Under the pieces are notes generated by a model, which saw only the letters and a program-made list of their open reading frames with translations, did not search any database and was not told the origin of the DNA. DNA of 64,000 bases from an uncultured Acidobacteriota bacterium. Its GTDB lineage: Bacteria > Acidobacteriota > Blastocatellia > RBC074. Shown piece by piece: positions 53,125-64,000 of this stretch (the stretch's first letter is position 1; every line of letters begins with the position of its first letter). The stretch lies in the NCBI GenBank assembly GCA_963796275.1, contig CAWCKY010000003.1, positions 608,001 to 672,000 on the forward strand, written 5' to 3'. The translations under genes and the position numbers were made by a program.

Positions 53125-56100
53125 TTATCTTTGCACCTGATATTGCATCGACGATGCAATGATGTAGATGGCCGTCTGGACGCGCAGACGATTGTTGTTC
53201 TGGACGCTGGTAACCGCATTGATCACAGCCTGTCGCATCTGGGCCGACATCGAATTGTGCATCAATGCCTCATTGAGTCGGTCGACCAGTTGCGCCGGAT
53301 TGGCTGCCAGTTGGTCCCAGGGCGCCAGATTGATCTGGACAGTAGTGCCATTGCCGCCTGTCGGGTTGGGATCGCCGCCTGCCTGGATGTTACCGAAGAG
53401 CAGGTCATTCAGAAGGTTCATGCGCTGGATGATCGTCGATGTCGTCAGCAGTTGTGCCGGCGGGGCAACAACCGGTTGCCCATTGACGACGATCCGGAAA
53501 TCGGGCTGGAAGTAGCTGAAGACTGAGGGGGGCGAGAAGATATCCTGGCCCATCGTCCGGCTCCTCTGTGGAATACCCCACATGCCTCCCGTGCAGTTGA
53601 GAGAGCGGAAAAGGTGTGTGAGGAAGAGCGCCGGCTCGCGCAATTTTCCGTAGATCGAGGCGGACTTGGTATTTCCGCGCGCTTCCTGATCGAGCAGAAT
53701 TGCACGAACAACAGCCTGCAGATCGCCTCTCACTCCCTCACCGTTGTTGTTGAAGACCGCCGCGACGCGCGAGATGTAGGCCGGGCTCGGGTTGCTCGTC
53801 ACCAAATGCTGGATGAGCTGGCGCCCGATGAAAGGTCCTGTATTCGGATGATTAAATGCGTTGTTGATCGTAGCGTCCAGATCCTGCTCCACCGTTTGTC
53901 CGGCTGGTATTATCTGTCCGTTAAGGAGTATCTTTGCGCCGGTATCGTGATTCGCCGAGTTAGGGATCATCGGCGCGAAAGGATTGAGCGGATTGTTATC
54001 GCCCATATTTGGCTGGCTTGCCCTGGGCGCATAGTTCCATCCAGTCAGCGCCCGCGCGCCTTCCTGAATATCGGCGATTGTATAAGTTTCCAGAGGCCGC
54101 CCTTGAGCATCCACTTGCAGGCTGCCGTCTAAATTCAGCCGGAAGGTACCGATGGTGAAGAGCTGCCAGAATTCGCGGATAAGGTTTTCGTCAGGCGATG
54201 TTCCTGTTGTCGGATTCGCCCTCTTGCTGTTCACCACGGTCAGATACGTTCCCATGATGGGACTCACCATCATTTCGCGAAGCAGTGTCCGATAGTTGCC
54301 GAATGCATTGCGAGTCAGTATGTCGTGGTACTGAGAGACCATGGCCGTCGGATCGCCGTTACCATCCTGGTTGCCAATATCAGCTGCGACAACGATCTGG
54401 CTGAGCGCGAAGGCCACTCGCTGCCGGAGTTGATCCGCCCCAGTCATCGCGTTCCGGAAGAACTGCAGATCGACGGGGTAGCTGACGAACTGACCCTGCT
54501 GCAACTGAACCAGGTTCTGATAGCCCGAGGTCGGAGCGCTGAACTGTTCGTTGAGCCATGACTCGAAGCCGATCTGCAGGACGCGATTGGCTTCCTGTAC
54601 AGTCGGTCCGTAGGTAGCCTGCTCGAGCAATCGATAGGCATCGCCAAAACCGCCGCCGCCGTCATCGGGTACGTCATCGCTTCCATCGTCGAGCACGAAG
54701 AGCCAACCGCGAATCTCGCCCTCCGGGAAATTGGCGGAGTGGACATTGACGTAGAGGCGTCCGGACTTTAACGAATTGACCTGATCCGCAACGGACAGGC
54801 CACCGATCGGTGCGAATATCCACAACAGATTCGACACCTGGCCGAGAGGCTGATCGAGGTCCAATATCGTTCCCGGTGCGGTATTGCCGGGCTCCGCAGG
54901 CCCATGAATGTGGGCCGCCGTCTCCCCAGCGCTCAGGTTGGAGAAACTCATCGAGACCAGCGCCGACGTCTCATCGGGCGAGAGAATGACATTCGATACG
55001 CCCGTTGCGGAGGTGATTACGGGAGGCACTTCACCCGCGCCGTTGAGCATAGCGAGATAGGTCCGCCGTGCAATGGGTAAACCGTCATTGTCGAATTCGC
55101 TGACGTCGGCGTGCGCGTTCGTCAGGCCTGTCCCGGATGCGCGAAACATCGCCGTCCCATTGGTTATGTCGGCATCTTCGGCCGCGCTGATCGTCACCAT
55201 CTGGGAAGTGGCGAAGTTGGCCGGCGTGAACGTCAGCGTAGCTCCGGCGGTGACATTCAAATTTGTATCGCCCGATAACCGTGCGACGGTTACCGTGACA
55301 TTCGCAGACGGCGCGCTCGCCAACCGCACACCGAACTGAGCCGAGCTGCCCTCTATCACCGGCAGCGTTCTGATAAGGTTAGTGAGAATCGATATGGGAG
55401 CGTCGTTGTCGAGCTCGGAAGCGTTGACATCCGCAGCCGTCAGGCCGGTCCCGGAAGCTCGAATTACGGCAGTGCCGTTAGTCAGATCGCCGTCCTGGGC
55501 AGCGCTGACAGTTACGTTTTGAAGAGTGGCGAAGTTGGCTGGCGTAAACGTCAGTGTTGCCCCGCCGGTCACGGTCAGATCAGTATCGCCCGAGAACCGC
55601 GTGACATTCACCGTAACGTTGGCGGCAGGGGCCGCCGACAGCCGCACGCCGAACTGCGCGCTCCCTCCCTCGTTGACGTTCAGCGTTGGGACGCTCGTCT
55701 GGATCGCGATCGCGGCGGTGTCATTGTCGGCCTCGCTCACGTTGACAGTGGCGCTGGTCAAACCGGTGCCGGATGCCTGGAAAACCGCTGTGCCGTTGGC
55801 CATATCGGCATCTTCGACGGCGCTGACCGTGACATTCTGAAGGGTAGCGAAGTTGGCCGGCGTGAATGTCAAAGTCGCCCCCCCGCTCACGGCCAGATCG
55901 GTGTCTCCCGAAAGACGTGCGACGTTGACCGTCACGTTAGCCGCGGGCGACGCCGATAGACGTACGCCGAACTGCGCGCTTCCCCCCTCGTTGACGTTCA
56001 GTGTAGGGACGCTCGTCTGGATCGCGATCGCGGCCGTGTCGTTGTCGGCCTCGCTCGCATTGACATCGACATTTGAAAGGCCGGCGGCAGAGGCTCGAAA

Positions 56101-56820
56101 GACCGCGGTCCCGTTGGATTGATCCGCATCCTCGGCCGCTCCGATCGTGACCATCTGTTGAGTGGCGAAATTGGCCGGCGTGAAGGTCAAGCTCGCGCCG
56201 CCGGTCACGGTCAGATCGGTGTCGCCGGACAGCCGCGCGACGTTCACGGTGACGTTACTTGAGGGCGCCGCCGATAATCTCACGCCGAACTGCGCGCTGC
56301 CGCCTTCATTTACGCTCAGCGAGGTTGCGCTGGTGACGATCGTCGGAGTCGTCTCGCCGCACGCCTGCCCATTGAGCGTGAAAGAGGTAGGCAGAGGATT
56401 GCTGCCTGACCAGTTGGCATTGAAGCCGAAGGAGACGGTCCCGCCGGTCGGAATGTTCGCATTATAAGAGGCATTCGTCACCGTTACATTGGCTCCGGAC
56501 TGCGTATACGAGCCGTTCCACAGCTCGTAAATTGTCTGATTGGCCGGAAAAGCCCAGGTCACAGTCCATCCGTTTATTGCAGGGCCATTATTCTTTATCG
56601 TCACATCGGCCTGAAAACCGACGTTCCATTGAGTGGTCAGACGGTAGGTGATGTTACAGGTCGATGTCGATTGCCCTTTGATCCTGTTAAGACCGCCGAA
56701 GTCGCTCACGATCATCAGCGCCATCGCCAGCACCAACAGAACTCTGAAGGCGCGCCTATGAAATCCGAATCGTGGCAATATCGGATTCCAATCTCTTCGT
56801 TTCGCCAAGATATGCCTCAT
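53125..56820 (-). CDS. CBM2 - four Calx-beta-like repeats - CHRD - DUF1800 protein
   Basis: CNITY..QWNVGFQADV..GWTVTW..FTLNGQAC (CBM2); four EGGSAQFGVRL..LTFTPANF repeats; AAHIHGPA..LYVNVHS..GEIRG (CHRD); LLEQATYGPT, DQLRQRVAFALSQI, PDENLIRE, LVTSNPS and KLREP (DUF1800). Confidence 0.9.
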   Translation of the reverse strand: MRHILAKRRDWNPILPRFGFHRRAFRVLLVLAMALMIVSDFGGLNRIKGQSTSTCNITYRLTTQWNVGFQADVTIKNNGPAINGWTVTWAFPANQTIYELWNGSYTQSGANVTVTNASYNANIPTGGTVSFGFNANWSGSNPLPTSFTLNGQACGETTPTIVTSATSLSVNEGGSAQFGVRLSAAPSSNVTVNVARLSGDTDLTVTGGASLTFTPANFATQQMVTIGAAEDADQSNGTAVFRASAAGLSNVDVNASEADNDTAAIAIQTSVPTLNVNEGGSAQFGVRLSASPAANVTVNVARLSGDTDLAVSGGATLTFTPANFATLQNVTVSAVEDADMANGTAVFQASGTGLTSATVNVSEADNDTAAIAIQTSVPTLNVNEGGSAQFGVRLSAAPAANVTVNVTRFSGDTDLTVTGGATLTFTPANFATLQNVTVSAAQDGDLTNGTAVIRASGTGLTAADVNASELDNDAPISILTNLIRTLPVIEGSSAQFGVRLASAPSANVTVTVARLSGDTNLNVTAGATLTFTPANFATSQMVTISAAEDADITNGTAMFRASGTGLTNAHADVSEFDNDGLPIARRTYLAMLNGAGEVPPVITSATGVSNVILSPDETSALVSMSFSNLSAGETAAHIHGPAEPGNTAPGTILDLDQPLGQVSNLLWIFAPIGGLSVADQVNSLKSGRLYVNVHSANFPEGEIRGWLFVLDDGSDDVPDDGGGGFGDAYRLLEQATYGPTVQEANRVLQIGFESWLNEQFSAPTSGYQNLVQLQQGQFVSYPVDLQFFRNAMTGADQLRQRVAFALSQIVVAADIGNQDGNGDPTAMVSQYHDILTRNAFGNYRTLLREMMVSPIMGTYLTVVNSKRANPTTGTSPDENLIREFWQLFTIGTFRLNLDGSLQVDAQGRPLETYTIADIQEGARALTGWNYAPRASQPNMGDNNPLNPFAPMIPNSANHDTGAKILLNGQIIPAGQTVEQDLDATINNAFNHPNTGPFIGRQLIQHLVTSNPSPAYISRVAAVFNNNGEGVRGDLQAVVRAILLDQEARGNTKSASIYGKLREPALFLTHLFRSLNCTGGMWGIPQRSRTMGQDIFSPPSVFSYFQPDFRIVVNGQPVVAPPAQLLTTSTIIQRMNLLNDLLFGNIQAGGDPNPTGGNGTTVQINLAPWDQLAANPAQLVDRLNEALMHNSMSAQMRQAVINAVTSVQNNNRLRVQTAIYIIASSMQYQVQR

Positions 56821-56996
56821 TTTTATCTCCTTACTGTTTTTCCATCAGGCATTGGGTGAATGGAGTATTTTTGCCTCATTAACAAGAACCGCTAGGCTCC
56901 TAAGCCGCGTTTTTCACGGTGAGGAGGATTAGCTGTCGCTTTTGATTTTTGCCTCTTTGAGTCCATCCCATTTATTTCTTGTCTAACTGCTTGGAA

Positions 56997-59900
56997 CTAG
57001 AAATGCCCGGTCTGCGTGTAGCTCACGCCCCCGGTCGTATATGTGATCGTATAGGTGTCTCCGCTCATCGGATGAGCCGTGCCTGTTCCGCCGCTTTGTG
57101 TCGCAAATGTTCGATTCGAACCAGTCCCCAGCGTCTGTCCGGCTGCCAGGTTGAACTGATATGTGATGGCCGTCCCTGTGCTGCTGTTGCTTTGGAGTAT
57201 CTGCCCGCCGACCGTGTTGTACTGCCCGCTGTGGCTGATGCCTCCGGTCCGTTGGATGACGATCGTCAGCGTCAGCGAGGTGATCGCCGCGCTGTTGCTC
57301 AGACGAAGTACCTCTTCGTTGAACCACGGACCGCTCGCCCCGATAACCGGTGTAACTGTGACGCCACCGGTCCCCCCGGTCGCCTCACTCACAGTGATAT
57401 TGATCGATGCGGTTCGCGTCAGACCTCCGCCCGTCCCGGTGATCGTGACGGTTGCGACCCCGATGGCGGCAGTGCTCGATGCCGTAAAAATTGCGGTGCT
57501 CGTAGTTCCGGTCGTAGATGATGGGTTTAAACTCACGGTCACGCCGCTCGGCAAATTGCTCGCGCTGAAGGCCACGCCGCTCACGAAACCGCCGCTGCGC
57601 GTTATAGTGATGGCGCTCGTCCCACTCGCACCGCGATTGATCGTTCCGCTCGCGGGTCCGGCGGATATGGCGAAGTCAGGCTGCTGCGGCGCATTCACCG
57701 TCAGGTTGATCGCGGTGGTACGAGTCAGCTCGCCACTGGCGCCGGTGACGGTAAGTGTTGCGGGTCCGGTTGCGGCTCCGCTCGAAGCGGCTAAGGTCAG
57801 GGTCGTACCGGCTCCCGTCGTGGAGGCCGGGCTGAAGCTCGCGGTCACTCCACTCGGCAAACCGCTCGCACTGAAGGCAACCCTGCCGGTGAACCCGTTG
57901 CTGCGTGTAATGGCGACGGCGCTGTTTCCGCTCGCGCCCCGGTTCATCGCCATGCTCGATGGGCTCGCTGAAATCGAGAAGTCGGGATTGGGAGCCGTGT
58001 TGTTCGGATCACCATAGATTATCCCGCGCCCGTTCGTGCTGATGTACACTCGCCCATAAACTCGAGGATCGCCCGTGATCGCCGCGTCAGTCGATCCATA
58101 CTGATGCAGGTCATCATTGATCCGCACCCAGCTCGCACCCATATCGTCAGATCGGAATATGCCGCGGATACTGTTCACTTGCGCGCTGCTGTAAATCGCC
58201 ATATAGGTCTGGCCCGGCGCTGCTCTCCCAAAGCCGATCGTATTCGCCTCTTCGACATTCGATACCCGCGTGAAGCTCGCTCCCGAGTTGGTCGAGCGCC
58301 AAAGTCCGCCCTCGCCGCCAGCCAGCCAGACGTCTCCCTCGTGGCCGGGCACCGCTTTGAACTTCGCCGAACCTGGAAGTCCCGTCGCAGCCGCGGTGAA
58401 ATTGGCGCCTCCATTGGTGCTCACATAGAACGTTCCGTTCGCGAACCCGTAAAACTTCATCGAGTTCACGCGGTCTGAGCCGACGCGCGCTCCCGCGGGA
58501 ATTCCCACGGATTGCGTCCAGGAGCTTCCATTGTTGGTCGAGAAGTGCACCGCCGCGCCCGAAGGACTCCAGATTACCCTGCTGCCATTGGCCGACGCGG
58601 CGACCGTCCCACCTCCGTTTACCCCGCCCGGTTGAGCGCTGCCCGCGAACCAGCTCGTTCCGCCGTCGAAGGAGAAGCCGGAACTGTTGGTGCCGGCGCT
58701 GGCGTTCCCGACGCGGACGATGAAGTTCGGCATAAGTTCCGCGTAGTCCAGGCTGGTGGTACTTACGAAAGTTGGGCTGGTCATCATCATCGCTGGAACA
58801 GCCGCCAGGTTGTCGTGACGGAAGCCGCAGATGTCCCCCAGGCCGCTCAAAAGCGGGGCACCCGATGGTGGGCTGATCAGGTCAAGAACGGCCGTCTCTT
58901 CCAGACCCTGAACCTTGACCGAGATGTTGATGGTTCCACCTGTGTCCCAGGCGGTCAGATTGTCGCTGCCGTAGATGGTTGCGCCCGTGCCATAGAACAT
59001 CCGGTTGGAGTTGAACGGATCGATCTCGAGGTCTCCCACCATCCAGCCGAGCTTCGGAGTGATCTCCGGTAAGGCCGGGTTTGCCCCAAATGTTAACCAG
59101 GGCGCGGCGGTGATGTTCTGCGCATATCGGAAAGTTCGATTGGGATACGCTCCCCAGTCCCATATCCTGGTCCAGCTCGCGCCGGCGTTGGTGCTGCGGA
59201 AGATGATCGTGTCGGGCCACCACGAGTTCAAAGCGGCGACCATAATGATGTTGGGATTCTGCCCATCGACCGTCAAACCTCCGTAGCCGAAATAGTTGTC
59301 GGAGCTCGAAGATGGCACGGGGCTGATCATCGTCCACGTCCCGCTCGACGTGTCGAACTTCCAGACATCGCCTTTTTCACCATCGTATGGACCCGCGCCG
59401 TCGCTGTAGCTGATGTACAGCATTCCATTTGACGACAGGACGCCGTGATGAGGCAGATAGCCGGCCGGCTGGCCCGGAACGGCAGCCCAGGAAGCTCCGC
59501 CATCGGTGCTGCGGTAAATGCTGGTACCTTGATCTGCCACGCCGGCATAGATGGTCTGTGTCGTATTGCCGGGCGTGCCCGTCCTCGGATCGAAGGTGAT
59601 CCACACGACTCCGACGATGTCGCCCGTGTATGAATTGCTGGGGTCTTCGACATAAGTGCCGGCGTTCGGGAAGTTCGTGACTCTGGCCCACGTCACGCCG
59701 AAGTCGGCGCTCCTCCAGAGGCCGTTGCCGCTCCGCGCGCCCATGTACAGAATGCTATTTCGGTTGGGATCGATCGCCAGGCGTTCGCCCATAGAGCGGC
59801 CCGGCATATTCCCCCCCACTTTGAATGGCAGATTTGTGCGCTGCCAGGTGTTCCCACGGTCGGTAGAGCGGAGGATGGCGCCATTCATGGCTCGTCCATT

Positions 59901-60282
59901 CGTTGGTGTAGGTCCCGGCGGCAATATAGACGCGGTTCGGGTCGCGCGGGTCGGTGGCTATGCTATCGACGCCGGTCAGGTTCCAGTCATCGAAGCCGAT
60001 CCAGTCGAGCAGCGGAATCCAGCTATTGGTGGCGGGATTCCACCGATAGGCGCCTCCGATGTCGGTGCGGGCATAGACGAGATTCGGTTCGCTTGTGTTG
60101 AAGACGATGCCGGGGACGAAGCCGCCGCCGTTGATGATGACGTTACGCCAGGCATACGCCTCGACAGATTGCGCGTGAGCGGGAGGAGCATTCAATCCTA
60201 GCTTGATCGCGAGCAACGCCACGAAGCTGATGGCTGAAAACAGAGTGATTCTAAGGAGAATAGTCGTGGGCCGGATTGACAT
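56997..60282 (-). pseudogene. GH74 xyloglucanase with two Ig-like repeats and the shared C-terminal domain; single-base frameshift at ~59890
   Basis: N-part GGGFVPG..YARTDIGGAYRW in ORF 59755..60282; remainder NGAILRS..GGNMPGRSMGERL..LGDICGF in ORF 56997..59924; removing one base restores YTNEWTSMNGAILRS. Confidence 0.85.
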
Positions 60283-60586
60283 ATTCTTTTCCTCCGTAGC
60301 TGGTGCTTAGTTTGGTGCTTAGTCGATGTTATGTAGCTCTGTTCGTATCACAGAAGCATTTTTTTCTTGGTTTTTTACCGAAGAGGCGGAGAGTACGCAG
60401 AGGCAATACAGAGGTATAAATTTGGCTTCGTTATCCTTTGCGCTGCCTCTGCGTTCTCTTCGCCTCTTCGGTGAGAATTGACTTTTCGACGATATAATTT
60501 GCGTCTGGGTTATTCACTGAGGCTGGAGAAGGCCGTGCGTTTATGCCGACCTAGAACCTGCCAGCCTCAGCTACCTCACCTCTCTG

Positions 60587-63073
<2,487 letters not shown>

Positions 63074-64000
63074 CTAAAAAGAAGATCGGTCGTTTGATTG
63101 CCTGCCCTGGATGGTTTTCACCTGATGTCCCTAATGTCCAAGTCGTTTTCTAATAAATCGGTACCAGATGACTGGCACACTTAAGTGTTCTTGCCGGGAC
63201 GACACAACCTTCTAATGCAGAAATAACAGACCTGCTATTTATTTCGTGTGCTTCAAGAAAGCTCTGATAACGCTACTTGAGCTTTGGGAGTGATACTTCA
63301 AGGTGCGTGTCTCGCAAACAATTGCCGTCAACGAGAAGGGGTGGTTAATTTCTAATATAACCAGATGGAAGGAGGACCACCACCTCAAAGCAAATCAAAT
63401 TAGAGAGAAGATTAAGTTATTAATCTATATAGGGGATTCGTCGCGTCTTGTTGACAACGCGAATGCAGCTTATGCCCACGTATTTGTAGAGGTCAATGGT
63501 TTTACTGATATCTAACTGTGCATTACCGTTAGGTAACGGTTAGCGGGACCATGTCATATCTTTCTAAAGAAAAAACTTAGAGGTTGTAAAGTAAGAGTTG
63601 ATCCTCTCCGCCGAGATTAACTGGTCCGCGAGGTTTTTATGGATATAGGGACATGCGAATCTGCCGCTTGGGAAACCGGTAAATATTTTAACTCTCTATG
63701 GTCGTTTTGAGACTCTGTGGAACACCGAGCCATCCCAGGTCAGGCAGTTTGCGGCAAATTGATTTGTGGCAAATTGAAATGATATTTCTTTTTTTCGCTG
63801 TCTCTTTTACAATGCGCTCGCCTAGAGTTCGAAAAAGATAAAGATATCTTCCACTTGGATTGCTTTTTCAGGTTGGATCGACGACCCGCTAGGAGCGACA
63901 AAGAATAGTGCCGACTCAACTGGCCGTGAGTACGGTTCCTTTAAATCATGAATAACATTGAGTCAATCCTCAAAGCATACTGACTCGGAGCGCCATTTCT

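Noticed and set aside
45151-58017. Long plus-strand ORFs (45151..46053, 48591..49355, 57163..58017) that resemble one another
   Set aside because: Antisense shadows of the Thr/Gly/Ser-rich repeated modules on the minus strand

Overview
Bacterial chromosomal segment from a diderm organism. The Oar-type TonB-dependent receptor, TPR-CHAT/ECF modules and Tat-exported Gfo/Idh/MocA proteins suggest Acidobacteriota, possibly Blastocatellia; this assignment is inference. Layout: (1) 1-10.6 kb housekeeping genes (Zn-ADH, FKBP PPIase, nfi, argF, murJ, MBL hydrolase, stand-alone Clp-type AAA+, metallophosphoesterase, orphan BMC shell gene). (2) Two modules pairing an ECF-like sigma factor with a secreted TPR-CHAT (caspase-like) protease, at 11-17 kb and 35.8-40.8 kb; the first protease carries a SPOR domain inserted inside its catalytic domain. 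(3) A probable phosphate-starvation cluster at 17-31 kb (TonB receptor, olsB-olsA-like pair, FHA/T2SSE_N/propeller membrane protein, PLD, phoU-phoB-phoR), with three 11-bp-periodic Pho-box-like arrays and a phoB frameshifted inside a 9-bp repeat. (4) dut and sugar-catabolism genes. (5) A ~21.5 kb co-directional free-cellulase cluster (GH9-CBM3c-CBM2, frameshifted GH74, GH9-PA14, ankyrin protein, GH113, CBM3-FN3-GH48). This cluster embeds a CBM2-tethered DUF1800 gene with its Tat-exported DUF1501 partner, and three of its hydrolases share an unassigned 125-aa C-terminal domain. Many REP/MITE-like palindromes and heptamer repeats fill the intergenic regions. All family calls come from motif recognition by eye; no database searches were run.
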